Source of the DNA: Blastocatellia bacterium
Lineage (GTDB): Bacteria; Acidobacteriota; Blastocatellia; UBA7656
DNA: 64,000 nt
Direction of reading: 5' to 3'
Assembly: GCA_045807725.1 (NCBI GenBank)
Contig: JBJMGV010000126.1
Span: 28,802 to 92,801, forward strand
This document shows positions 31,931 to 41,340 of the stretch, one piece after another. Below the pieces are notes generated by a model. It did no database searches, was not told where the DNA came from, and worked only from the letters and a program-made list of their open reading frames with translations. The number at the start of each line of letters is the position of its first letter. Within the stretch, counting starts at the first letter, position 1. Both the position numbers and the translations under genes were made by a program.

Positions 31931-34255
31931 TCATTCATTCGAGCCGTCGGTGCGTGAAGCGAGGCGGGCGATCACCAGCGCCAGTTCAAGCGGGTCGGCG
32001 GGCTTGGCGACGTGCATCTGGTAGCCGGCGGAGATGGCGCGCAAGCGGTCTTCGGCGCGCGCGTAAGCGGTCAACGCTACCGCCGGTGTTTTGCCGCGCG
32101 TCGGCGCAAGCTCACGAATCTGCCGCATCAGTTGATAGCCATCTTCGCCCGGCATCTCGATGTCGCTGATGATAATGTTGGGCGGCCATTCCTGAAACAC
32201 GCCGACCGCTTCCCGGCTCGACGCGCACGCCCGCACCTGCGCGCCGAATTGTTCGATCATAAGGCGCAACATATCGCGCGTGTCCGGCTCGTCGTCAACG
32301 ATCAGCACGCGCAGGCCCGAAAGGTCGGGCGCATTCTGCGACGACGTGAGCGGCGGACTCATCGCGGCGCGCTCCGCGTCGTAGCCTTCGCTGTGCAATG
32401 CCATCAACGGCAGTCTCACGGTAAAGACCGCGCCGTGATCTTGCCCGGCGCTCGCCGCCGTCACCGTGCCGCCGTGCAGCTCGATTAAATGGCGAACAAT
32501 CGCCAGCCCCAGCCCCAGCCCGCCGTGTATGCGCGTGCTGGTCGAGTCGCCTTGACGGAAGCGATCAAAGACGAACGGCAGCAGCTCGCTTTGTATGCCC
32601 TGGCCGGTGTCTGTGACGACGATTTCGGCGTGCGAGTCGGCCTGTTGCAATCGCACCTCTATGCGCCCGCCGCGCGGCGTGAACTTGACGGCGTTCGACA
32701 GCAGATTCCAGACCACCTGTTGCAAGCGGTTGCCGTCGCCCGACACCGGCGCGGTGTGCGGATCGAGAATCGTCTGCACACGTATCTCTTTGGCGTCCGC
32801 CGCCGGGCGAACGGAATCGAGCGCCGATTCAATGATCGAGGCGATATCTATGGGCTGCACGTTCAATCGCAGCTTGCCGGTGATGATGCGCGACACGTCG
32901 AGGATGTCTTCGACGATCTGCGCCTGCACCTTGGCGTTGCGCTCGATGGTTTCGAGCGCGCGCTCCGTCGTCGCCTCGTCGAAGCTGCGGTTGCGCAGCA
33001 TATGTGACCAGCCGACGATGGCATTCAACGGCGTGCGTAGCTCGTGCGAGACGGTGGCGAGAAACTCGTCCTTCAAACGATTGGCATCTTCGGCCAGCGC
33101 CCGCGCCCGCTGCGCTTCGGCCAGCAACCGTTCGCGCTCACGTTCGGCCTGCTTGCGCTCGCTGATGTCGCGGGCAATGGTCGAAGCGCCGGTGAGCGTG
33201 CCATTCGGCCCTTTGATCGGCGAGATGGTCAGCGCTACGTCAACTCGCTCGCCGCTTTTCTTGACGCGAATCGTTTCGTAATGATGAACACGATTGCCGC
33301 TTCTGAGCTGTTCCAGGATGCGGTCAATGTCGTCCTGTTCGGGATCGACCAACAGGCGTATGTGCTTGCCGACGACCTCTTCGGCGCGATAGCCATAGAG
33401 CCGTTCAGCGCCCGTGTTCCAACTGACGATGGTGCCGTCGAGTCGCTTGCCGATGATGGCGTCTTCGGACGATTCGACAATCGAGGCGACGAAGCTGAGC
33501 GCCTCTTCGACGCGGCGGCGCTCACTGATGTCGCGGAAGACGAGCACGACGCCCGACAACTGGCCCTGATCATCCTTGATCGGCGCGCCGCTATCATCAA
33601 TCGGAACATCAGAGCCGTCTTTCCGAATCAGCACTGTGTGATTGGCCAGCCCGACGATGACGCCCTCGCGCAGCACCTTGTCAACCGGACTTTCGACCGG
33701 CTGGCGCGTCCCTTCATTGACAATGACGAAGACCTCGGCGAGGGGCCGGCCTATCGCTTCGCCGCGCCTCCATCCGGTCAGCGATTCAGCCACAGGGTTG
33801 ATGAAGGTGATGCGCCCTTCGGTGTCGGTGGCGATCACCGCGTCGCCGATGCTGCCCAGCGTGATGGCCAGCAGCTTGCGGTTCTCGCTGAGCGCGGCGG
33901 TGTTCTCTTCGCCGCGCCGCCGTGCGCGGTGCAAGCCTTCGCTTAAAGCCGAGATGGCGCTGCAAACGAACAGGAAGGTCAACAGGCCGATGGCCGTGCC
34001 TGCGTCACGCACGAACCACGAATTATCCGGCGGCAGCCAGCGATAGAGCGAGATGATGCTGCCGAGCAGCGTCGCCAGCAATCCCGGCCCCAGTCCGCCA
34101 AACCAGGCGCTTAAGGCGACGCCGAGAAAGAACGTGATGAAGGGAAATTCGTTGCCGATGACCGGCTCAAGCGCCCAGCGCAGCAAGGCCGCCATCGCCG
34201 TCACCACGACGGCAACGCCATAACATAACAGGGGCGAGCGCGCTTGTTTGGCCAT
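31931..34255 (-). CDS. Hybrid sensor histidine kinase/response regulator: DUF4118-like membrane domain, 2x PAS, HisKA, HATPase and REC
   Basis: ...LATVSHELRTPLNAI... H-box; G1/G2 boxes; C-terminal LIVDDEPDTRD...D receiver. Confidence 0.9.
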   Translation of the reverse strand: MAKQARSPLLCYGVAVVVTAMAALLRWALEPVIGNEFPFITFFLGVALSAWFGGLGPGLLATLLGSIISLYRWLPPDNSWFVRDAGTAIGLLTFLFVCSAISALSEGLHRARRRGEENTAALSENRKLLAITLGSIGDAVIATDTEGRITFINPVAESLTGWRRGEAIGRPLAEVFVIVNEGTRQPVESPVDKVLREGVIVGLANHTVLIRKDGSDVPIDDSGAPIKDDQGQLSGVVLVFRDISERRRVEEALSFVASIVESSEDAIIGKRLDGTIVSWNTGAERLYGYRAEEVVGKHIRLLVDPEQDDIDRILEQLRSGNRVHHYETIRVKKSGERVDVALTISPIKGPNGTLTGASTIARDISERKQAERERERLLAEAQRARALAEDANRLKDEFLATVSHELRTPLNAIVGWSHMLRNRSFDEATTERALETIERNAKVQAQIVEDILDVSRIITGKLRLNVQPIDIASIIESALDSVRPAADAKEIRVQTILDPHTAPVSGDGNRLQQVVWNLLSNAVKFTPRGGRIEVRLQQADSHAEIVVTDTGQGIQSELLPFVFDRFRQGDSTSTRIHGGLGLGLAIVRHLIELHGGTVTAASAGQDHGAVFTVRLPLMALHSEGYDAERAAMSPPLTSSQNAPDLSGLRVLIVDDEPDTRDMLRLMIEQFGAQVRACASSREAVGVFQEWPPNIIISDIEMPGEDGYQLMRQIRELAPTRGKTPAVALTAYARAEDRLRAISAGYQMHVAKPADPLELALVIARLASRTDGSNE

Positions 34256-34764
34256 AGCTATCGTAAAGCGATCATCGACGCCTCGCCCTGCGCGCACACT
34301 GACGATTATAGAAAGAGAAAGCGACGTGCGCTGCGCATAGCAACACAGCGACCACGACCGCTAAGGTCAAGCGGTGCTAGCGCAATGAGGGCGAAGAATA
34401 CGATGATGCTCACGCAAACAAACTGAGCGGCGGGGTTCTTGCTGTGTCCACGTTCAGCGACCCCCGACCAGCGCAAAGATTAGCAGACTGACGAGAAACC
34501 ATCCAAGAAAATTGCGCGCCGGAACGCCTCAGTACGCGCCCCGCATTCGTTCAGTCGTCGCGCCTTCTCGCTTGATGAGAGGGGAAACGTGGCAACGATC
34601 ACGTTCGGGTAACGCACGGCGGCATAGATTAGCTCGACGCGAGCGCGCCTGGCGGGCGGCAAGAATCGCGTGACGATGAAGAGGCTGGCGCTGTAAGCAA
34701 GCAAGCCTCTGCCGGCGCGACTCCACCTGCTCTCGTTCAAGGATGTAGGTCTTCACAGCCATCG

Positions 34765-35688
34765 CTAATCAAGCAGGTCGGCGAGCGCGGCGCCCAGCGT
34801 CTCGAAGCGAAAGCGGTAGCCGGCGGCGATGACCGCGCGGGGCAGAACGCGCTGGCTTGAGAGCAACACGGCAGCCATCTCGCCCATCGCCGCGCGCAAG
34901 CCGAACTCCGGCACAGGCACAAAGGCGGGGCGATGCAGCGCGCCGGCGAGTTGGCGCGTGAACTCATCGTTCGTTACCGGCGCGGGCGCTGTGCCATTGA
35001 CCGGCCCTTTGATCGCCGCGTTCGCCAGCGCGTAACGGTAGATGCCAACGATGTCGGCGATGTGAATCCAGGGCAGCCACTGACGGCCACTGCCGAGCTT
35101 GCCGCCGAGTCCGAGCTTGAATGGCAGCATCATCTTTTCGAGCGCGCCGCCTTCGCGGCTCAGAACAACACCTGTGCGCGCCAGCACAACGCGAATGCCT
35201 GCGGCCTTGGCCTGCTCGGCCTCGCGCTCCCACTCGATACAGACTTCAGGCATAAAGCCTTCGCCCGGCGGCGACAGTTCATCAAGCGATTCGTCGCCGC
35301 GATCTCCGTAAAAGCCTATGGCTGAGCTGCTGATGAAGACGGCAGGCTTCGTAGGCATAGCGCGCAGGCCGCTGACCAGATGCCGCGTGCTGAGAACGCG
35401 TGAATCGCGTATGCGCCGCTTCTGTTCGTCGCTCCAGCGTCGCGCCGCGATAGGCTCGCCCGCCAGGTGAATCACCGCGTCAACGCCGATCATCACGTCA
35501 TCATCGGGAGGCCCGCCGAGCGCGTCCCATCGGCGCATCTCTGTGACCGGCACGCCGCGCGCGTTTTCGGGCGAGCGCGATAACCCAATGACGGTGTGGC
35601 CATCGTCGAGCAGAGATTGGCAGAGGTGGCGACCGATCAACCCGGTCGCTCCCGTCACCAGAATTCGCGTCGCTTTCGGCTCGCTCAC
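34765..35688 (-). CDS. TIGR01777/YfcH-family NAD-dependent epimerase/dehydratase (DUF1731 C-terminus)
   Basis: ILVTGATGLIGRHL Rossmann motif; ...WIHIADIV... Confidence 0.85.
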   Translation of the reverse strand: MSEPKATRILVTGATGLIGRHLCQSLLDDGHTVIGLSRSPENARGVPVTEMRRWDALGGPPDDDVMIGVDAVIHLAGEPIAARRWSDEQKRRIRDSRVLSTRHLVSGLRAMPTKPAVFISSSAIGFYGDRGDESLDELSPPGEGFMPEVCIEWEREAEQAKAAGIRVVLARTGVVLSREGGALEKMMLPFKLGLGGKLGSGRQWLPWIHIADIVGIYRYALANAAIKGPVNGTAPAPVTNDEFTRQLAGALHRPAFVPVPEFGLRAAMGEMAAVLLSSQRVLPRAVIAAGYRFRFETLGAALADLLD

Positions 35689-35759
35689 TTTAAACTCCTC
35701 GGCGGCAATGGCCAGTTGCTATCTTCTCCGCTGTTCGTTACTAGCCTAGACAGTCACGC

Positions 35760-35845
35760 TTAAATTGTCAAGATTTTTTCTAGACCAAAGCTGGACAAAT
35801 CATTGAATTTGCGTTAAGTTGTTCAAGAATTATCTTGACAGCTCA
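35760..35845. promoter_or_regulatory. Divergent promoter region with three TGTCAAGA-like repeats (candidate operator) and a TTGACA -35 box
   Basis: aattgtcaagatttt, agttgttcaagaatt, and the inverted tatcttgaca, upstream of the MerR/B12 regulator gene. Confidence 0.35.
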
Positions 35846-35860
35846 GAGAGGCTACTCAGA

Positions 35861-36778
35861 ATGCAGGAGATGACCACGGAAGAATCACCATCGCAGGTCG
35901 GCAAGTATCGCATCGGCACAGTGACACGATTGACGGGTCTGTCGGCGGACGTGGTGCGCGTGTGGGAGCGGCGCTATGGCGCGATCCGCCCGCAACGCAG
36001 CGAGGCGGGCACACGGCTCTATTCCGACGCCGACATCGCGCGGCTCAGGCGTTTGCGGCAAGCGGTCGAGAAGGGCTACAGCATCAGCCGGGCGGCGCGG
36101 CTTTCGGACGACGAGCTGACCGCCGCCGTCAGCGTGGTCGCGCAGGCGGCGGACGCCTCCGGCCCTTACGCGCTCGTACGCGAGCGGTTCCTGGCTGCCA
36201 TCAAGCAGATGGATGTAGTGACGGCAGACCTGGAGATGAGCCGCGCGGCAACGCTCTTTCCGGCGCGCGACCTGATCAATCAAATCGTCACGCCGTTGCT
36301 GGCGGAGATCGGCGAGCGCTGGGCACACCGCGAGTTCGGCGTCGCGCACGAACACGTCGCCACCAATCTGCTGCGCAACCTGCTCAGCTCGCTCATACGG
36401 CTCTACCCGCCCGACCGCCACGCCGAGACCATAGTGCTGGCGACGCCCGCCGGCGAGCGGCACGAATTCGGCATCCTTCTGGCGGCGCTGGTGGCGGCGA
36501 CGCGGGGCTGGCGCGTGGTTTATGTCGGCGCTGATCTGCCCGCCGCCGAAATCGCTTATGCGATGCGGCTGACGAAGTCGCGTTACCTGGCGCTGAGCCT
36601 GGTCAACGAGCACCCGGAAGCAGCAGAGGAGATGAACGCGCTCGCTCAACAACTATCAACCGGCGTGCGCGTATGGGTCGGCGGCGGCGAAGCCATCAAG
36701 TACCGCGACCAGCTTCATCAACTGAACTGGATTCTCATCCGCGACCTCGACGACCTCGACGACCGCTTGCGAAGGTAG
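35861..36778 (+). CDS. MerR-family transcriptional regulator with C-terminal cobalamin-binding domain (CarH/LitR-like)
   Basis: YRIGTVTRLTGLSADVVRVWERRYG HTH, followed by a B12-binding Rossmann-like domain (...VVYVGADLP...). Confidence 0.8.
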   Translation: MQEMTTEESPSQVGKYRIGTVTRLTGLSADVVRVWERRYGAIRPQRSEAGTRLYSDADIARLRRLRQAVEKGYSISRAARLSDDELTAAVSVVAQAADASGPYALVRERFLAAIKQMDVVTADLEMSRAATLFPARDLINQIVTPLLAEIGERWAHREFGVAHEHVATNLLRNLLSSLIRLYPPDRHAETIVLATPAGERHEFGILLAALVAATRGWRVVYVGADLPAAEIAYAMRLTKSRYLALSLVNEHPEAAEEMNALAQQLSTGVRVWVGGGEAIKYRDQLHQLNWILIRDLDDLDDRLRR

Positions 36779-36782
36779 TAGT

Positions 36783-36998
36783 CAGAGCGTATCTGAGAAG
36801 CCCTGAAGGGGCGCGATTCAATAGCCCAGCCCAACGGGCTGGGTACACCCAGCGACCATTCGGCAAGCCCTGAAAGGGCGTAATAGGTGATCGGTTATTG
36901 CGCCCTTTCAGGGCTTGGCGGTTAGCCCCGCCGCTCACCCAGGGCGCTGCCCTGGGCTGTCGAATCCCGCCCCTTCAGGGCTTCTCAGATACGCTCTA
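36783..36998. repeat. ~220-bp MITE-like palindromic element, copy A
   Basis: Terminal inverted repeats agagcgtatctgagaagccctgaaggggcg ... cgccccttcagggcttctcagatacgctctatag; internal aagccctgaaagggcg hairpins; about 90% identical to the inverted copy at 53003-53222. Confidence 0.65.
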
Positions 36999-36999
36999 T

Positions 37000-37335
37000 A
37001 GTTCACGATGCAATAGTTGATGCAAGCTCCGTCAGGAGCGCAATGTTTATAGTAACGCGGGCGGTTTAATCTTCAAGCTCCGTCAGGAGCGCGATGTTTA
37101 TAGCCAACGATGCAATAGATCAAACAAGCTCCGTTAGGAGCGCGATGTTCATAGCTCACGATGCCACAGATGATGCAAGCTCCGTTAGGAGCGCAATGTT
37201 TATAGATATGGCAGAAGGATGTGACGAAGCCCCGTAGGGGCGCGATGTTGACATCACGCTCCTGACGGAGCTTGCTTCTTCTATTGCATCGGTAACTATA
37301 AACATTGCGCTCCTGACGGAGCTTGGGGAACTATC
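37000..37335. repeat. ~51-bp tandem repeat array (4-5 units plus inverted units)
   Basis: Unit gatgcaagctccgtcaggagcgcaatgtttatag plus a ~21-bp variable linker; each unit has a gctcc-gtca-ggagc hairpin. Confidence 0.7.
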
Positions 37336-37445
37336 AGCTATCAACTGATCACTGGCCACTAACCAATGACCACTGACAACCGGCCAGTGGCCATTGACAA
37401 CCGGCCACTGACTACTGGCCACTGGCCAGTGGTCACCACTCCTGG
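37336..37445. repeat. (CCAGTGG/CCACTGG)-type heptamer array
   Basis: cactggccactaaccaatgaccactgacaaccggccagtggccattgacaaccggccactgactactggccactggccagtggtcacc. Confidence 0.6.
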
Positions 37446-37505
37446 CACATTCGTTGCTCCTTCACGACTGGCTGAAGCAATTTGCATTGAAAGCGAGCAA
37501 AGTGG

Positions 37506-38633
37506 ATGGCCAGCACGGTACAGGCGATTGATTCTGTTAAGCCGAAGTCGAATGGCGCGCACTCGACGGCGGTAAAGACGGCGCGCGAGTTGGTTGAGCA
37601 CGGCCAGCGCGCGCGGTGGTGGCGGCGGCGCGGCACGAAACAGAAAGGTTTTTGGTATGAAGATTACAAAGGCTGCCGCATTAACGATCAATCCCAGCTT
37701 GAGCGCATACGGGCGCTTGTCATTCCACCGGCCTGGACTCACGTCCGCATCGCGCCTTCTCCGCGCAGTCGCTTGCAAGTGGTCGGCATAGACACGGCAG
37801 GCCGCATTCAGTATAAGTACCACCCGTCTTTCGCGGCGCGACAACAGCAGAAGAAATACGCCAAGATCGAACGCTTCGGCGAAGCGCTGCCGGCCTTGCG
37901 TCGCGTGACCAATGAGCACATCGCGCTCAATGGCTTTCCGCGTGAGCGCGTGCTGGCCATCATCATTCGTTTAATCAACGATCTCTACCTGCGCGTCGGC
38001 TCCGAGATGAGCGTCAAGCGTTACCGCACCTATGGCGTGACGACGCTGCGCAATCGCCACCTTGATATCAGGCGTGGTGGGCAACTCGTCTTTAGCTTCG
38101 TCGGCAAACATCACATACGCCACCGCCGCATCATCGTGGATGAAGAACTGGCGACGGTGATGCGCGACTTGAAGGCGTTGGGCGGGCCGAAGCTGTTCGA
38201 GTACACCGACGACAACGGCAAGATTAAACCCATCACGCCGCGCGACGTGAACGACTACATCAAAGCGGCGGCGGGTCCGGAGTTTTCCGCGAAAGACTTT
38301 CGCACGTGGGGCGGCTCGCTGCTGGCGGCGATACGGCTGGCCGAGATCGGGCAGGCCGAAAACGAGCGACAACTGAAGCGCAACATCGTGCAGGCGGTCA
38401 AGCAAGTCGCCGAGCACCTCGGTAATACGCCGACCGTCTGCCGCAGTTGCTACATTCACCCGGCGGTCATCGAGCGGTACAACGAAGGCGTGACGCTCGA
38501 AGCCTTCAGGCCAAAACGCAGCCGCCGCATACGTCGCTTGCAGCCTGAATACGAGCCTGAGGAGTTAGCGTTGCTGAAGCTCTTTCAGACGAGCGGCAGG
38601 GCGATGAATGTGACCGAGAAGCAAGCGGCCTGA
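37506..38633 (+). CDS. DNA topoisomerase IB (poxvirus-like bacterial TopIB)
   Basis: ...KDFRTWGG... and ...CRSCYIHP... (catalytic Tyr) motifs; the size (375 aa) fits bacterial TopIB. Confidence 0.8.
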   Translation: MASTVQAIDSVKPKSNGAHSTAVKTARELVEHGQRARWWRRRGTKQKGFWYEDYKGCRINDQSQLERIRALVIPPAWTHVRIAPSPRSRLQVVGIDTAGRIQYKYHPSFAARQQQKKYAKIERFGEALPALRRVTNEHIALNGFPRERVLAIIIRLINDLYLRVGSEMSVKRYRTYGVTTLRNRHLDIRRGGQLVFSFVGKHHIRHRRIIVDEELATVMRDLKALGGPKLFEYTDDNGKIKPITPRDVNDYIKAAAGPEFSAKDFRTWGGSLLAAIRLAEIGQAENERQLKRNIVQAVKQVAEHLGNTPTVCRSCYIHPAVIERYNEGVTLEAFRPKRSRRIRRLQPEYEPEELALLKLFQTSGRAMNVTEKQAA

Positions 38634-38655
38634 CGGGCGCGCACGGTTCGATGAA

Positions 38656-38695
38656 GGCAAAAAGGCCGTAGCGCGAACCTCTTCGCGCTACGGCC
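38656..38695 (-). terminator. Strong hairpin terminator between convergent topIB and DUF4383 genes
   Basis: ggccgtagcgcgaa-cctc-ttcgcgctacggcc, a 14-bp stem with a T-tract on the minus strand. Confidence 0.6.
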
Positions 38696-38719
38696 TCGCT
38701 GACTAATTCGCTGTGATTG

Positions 38720-39136
38720 CTAACTGCGAGCGTCTGCGAGCCGCGCCGCTGTCATAAAGCCGGCGATCAGGAAGATGACGCCCAGCGCGATGTGAATGAC
38801 GTGATCCATCGTGCCGAGTTCGAGCATGCCGGGAATGACACGCAGCAGGCGGTCATCGTGCGGGCCGGGGACGCCGTGCGACGGCTCACCCGCATGGCCA
38901 GCAATGAAGCCGACAACGCCGAGCAGGCCATACACCGCGCCGAAGATGATGCAGAACAATCGCGCCTGCGCCAGTGTGCCTTTCAATCCGAAGTAGAGCG
39001 ACACCGCACCCGATACCAGATGCACGATGTCGTGCGTAACGCTCAGGTGAGTGCCCATCAGGCCGGGCGCAGCGAACCCCACGAGTCCCACAAGAATGAA
39101 CACAATCCCTAAGATGGTTGCGATCCTTTTTGCCAT
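38720..39136 (-). CDS. DUF4383-family membrane protein
   Basis: Four TM helices, ...HDIVHLVSGA...GHAGEPSHG... pattern. Confidence 0.65.
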   Translation of the reverse strand: MAKRIATILGIVFILVGLVGFAAPGLMGTHLSVTHDIVHLVSGAVSLYFGLKGTLAQARLFCIIFGAVYGLLGVVGFIAGHAGEPSHGVPGPHDDRLLRVIPGMLELGTMDHVIHIALGVIFLIAGFMTAARLADARS

Positions 39137-39249
39137 ATTCTTCTCCTTTCGAGTTAGCAGTCAAGCAGGCTCTCGCCTGCCGTTAATGAGAAACCGAAGA
39201 TGGCTTATGAGTACGGGTGCAAAAGTCTCGAATCATAAATCTCATTCGT

Positions 39250-39627
39250 TCACCGCTCGCCTTCGACCTGCTTGATCTCGACGCGCTCGCGTTTAATGTC
39301 GAGCCGCAACCTGCCATAGAGACTCATATACTGATTGGCGATCCACACCAGCGCGAAGCCGCCGATCAGGTAGCCGCGCCAATCCTCGTAGAGCAATGTG
39401 TAGCGCGTGATGATGAGAAAGAAAGCCGTCACATAATGGCTGAAACAGTACTCGCAGGTGAACAGGTAAAAAAATTTTCGCTCGATCAGTCGCCGGCATC
39501 TCTCGCTCCGCTTGACGCAGTACTCGCGCGGCTCGCGAAAGACTTCTTCGTGCGTCACCGTCCACGCGATGCAGGCGATGGGCACGGCCAGAATGAACAG
39601 CCAGGCGATCTGCAAACCTAAAGGCAT
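39250..39627 (-). CDS. Hypothetical small membrane protein with Cys-rich segment
   Basis: TM helices at both ends; YCVKRSERC...FTCEYCFSH. Confidence 0.45.
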   Translation of the reverse strand: MPLGLQIAWLFILAVPIACIAWTVTHEEVFREPREYCVKRSERCRRLIERKFFYLFTCEYCFSHYVTAFFLIITRYTLLYEDWRGYLIGGFALVWIANQYMSLYGRLRLDIKRERVEIKQVEGER

Positions 39628-39841
39628 CCGTTCTCCGCTTGGTTATGACTGAGCGTCCAGTGAGTAAGGCTAAACTACCTGCGCGGCAAGGGCGCGTCAA
39701 GCGCGCGGCTGATGTTGTTGGCCGACATAGCCGGCGGCTGGCGCTCGAATTACTATTGTCGGCCCGTCGCCGCCGGCTTATGATAGAGCGCATCTTCGCA
39801 CTGCCTCCCACAACATTCCTTTCAATCAAGGACGAAAGCAG

Positions 39842-40279
39842 ATGAGCGCACGACTGACGCGACGAGTGGTGATAATGATAATAGTAAGCTCGCTCACATT
39901 GAGCCTGACGGCCTGCGACGGCTCGAAGACGACGGTGATCGAGCAAGCGCCGCAGGTGACGGCGGCCAATGAGATCGCGGCGATGGCGCGGCTGTCGGCC
40001 ATTGGCCGCGCCGAGGTGGCTTACCAGACAGAAACGGGCGGCCAGTATGCAACGCTTGACGAACTGGTCGAGCGCCGCATGGTCAACGACCCGGCGCAGG
40101 GCAAGCTGACCGGCTACAAGTTCGAGATTAAAATCACCGCGCACGGGTTTGAAGCGACGGCGACGCCCGAACGTTATGGCATCAGCGGCAAGCGGTCGTT
40201 CTACGTTGACGAGCAGAACGCGATGCGCGGCGCGGATCGCAATGGCGCGGCGGCGACGGCGTCAGACCCGCAAGTCTAG
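39842..40279 (+). CDS. Lipoprotein with pseudopilin-like domain
   Basis: Lipobox LSLTAC; ...AIGRAEVAYQTETGGQYATLDELV... resembles type IV pilin/pseudopilin globular domains. Confidence 0.55.
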   Translation: MSARLTRRVVIMIIVSSLTLSLTACDGSKTTVIEQAPQVTAANEIAAMARLSAIGRAEVAYQTETGGQYATLDELVERRMVNDPAQGKLTGYKFEIKITAHGFEATATPERYGISGKRSFYVDEQNAMRGADRNGAAATASDPQV

Positions 40280-40323
40280 CACGGCGCTTGCGCGAAACAG
40301 GCCGGTGTGGCTGAATTGAAGCG

Positions 40324-40674
40324 ATGCCGGAGCGCGAAGACTTCTCAACCGTTCAATACCTCTACCTGACGACGACGGGTCGCACGACGGGCCTCGCGCG
40401 CGAGATCGAAATCTGGTTCGTCACGCACGCGGGCCGCTTCTACATTCTCGCCGAACATTTTCACCGCACCCAGTGGGTCAAGAACATTCTCGCTAATGCG
40501 CAAGTCGGCGTGCGCGTGAATGGGCGCGAGTTCGCGGCGACTGCGCGCGTGCTCGATGAGCAGAGCGATGCGCCTCTCTACCAGTTGGCGCAACAACTCG
40601 AACATGAAAAGTATGGCTGGGGCGACGGCCTGCCTGTCGAGATCACACCCATTGAGAGTACGGTGGCCGTTTGA
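40324..40674 (+). CDS. Nitroreductase-family deazaflavin (F420)-dependent oxidoreductase (DUF385-like)
   Basis: ...LYLTTTGRTTGLAREIEIWFV... Confidence 0.6.
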   Translation: MPEREDFSTVQYLYLTTTGRTTGLAREIEIWFVTHAGRFYILAEHFHRTQWVKNILANAQVGVRVNGREFAATARVLDEQSDAPLYQLAQQLEHEKYGWGDGLPVEITPIESTVAV

Positions 40675-40738
40675 GCGCGACGCGCCGAATGGGTAAACTG
40701 CATAAGCGAGACGCACTGCACACACCAAGGAGAAGATT

Positions 40739-41137
40739 ATGGCAGAAGGAATCCCGGAGAAATTTCGTGACCTGTTCGACAAGAAAGCATTCGCCCACGT
40801 TGTGACGATGATGCCCGATGACACGCCGCAAGTCACTCCCGTCTGGGTGGATTACGATGGCACTCACATCATCATCAATTCGGCGCGCGGACGGCAGAAG
40901 GACCGCAACCTGCGACGCAATCCGAATGTGGCGCTCTCGATACAAGACCCGGACAATCCTTATCGTTACCTCGAAGTTCGCGGGCGTGTGACCGAGATTA
41001 CTGAAGACGGCGCGGACGAGCACATCGATAAAATGGCCAAGAAGTATATGGGCGTTGATCGTTATCCCGGTCGCTCGCCCGGCGAAGTGCGCGTCATCTA
41101 CAAGATCGAGCCGCAGCACTTTACGTCTATGGGATAA
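40739..41137 (+). CDS. PPOX-class (pyridoxamine 5'-phosphate oxidase-like) F420-dependent oxidoreductase
   Basis: ...FAHVVTMMPDDTPQVTPVWVDYDGTHIIINS... Confidence 0.7.
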   Translation: MAEGIPEKFRDLFDKKAFAHVVTMMPDDTPQVTPVWVDYDGTHIIINSARGRQKDRNLRRNPNVALSIQDPDNPYRYLEVRGRVTEITEDGADEHIDKMAKKYMGVDRYPGRSPGEVRVIYKIEPQHFTSMG

Positions 41138-41139
41138 GA

Positions 41140-41340
41140 AAACAGGATTCAGGAGTCAGGATTCAGGAGTCAGAAGTCAGAAGAGAGAAGTCAGAAGTCA
41201 GGAGTCAGAATTCAGAATGAATGAGGAAGTCGGCTAACGCCTCTGCCTCTATTCTAACTTCTAAACGCTCCCTTCCTTTTCCATTCTGACTTCTGACTTC
41301 TGACTCCTGTCTTCCTCCCTCTTGTCCCTCTTCACTTCAA
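41140..41340. repeat. Heptamer-array palindrome, (AGTCAGA/AGTCAGG)n ... core ... (TCTGACT)n
   Basis: caggagtcaggattcaggagtcagaagtcagaag...gaagtcagaagtcaggagtcagaattcaga ... ttctgacttctgacttctgactcctg. Confidence 0.6.

Noticed and set aside
36783-36998. IS element / transposase associated with the 220-bp palindromic element
   Set aside because: No ORF with transposase motifs within or beside either copy. Called MITE-like (non-autonomous) only.
37000-37335. CRISPR array (30-bp repeat with ~21-bp spacers); the same repeat also occurs at 51062-51290
   Set aside because: The spacers are too short and similar to one another, the repeats are degenerate, inverted units are present, and no cas genes are nearby. 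Treated as a structured tandem repeat.
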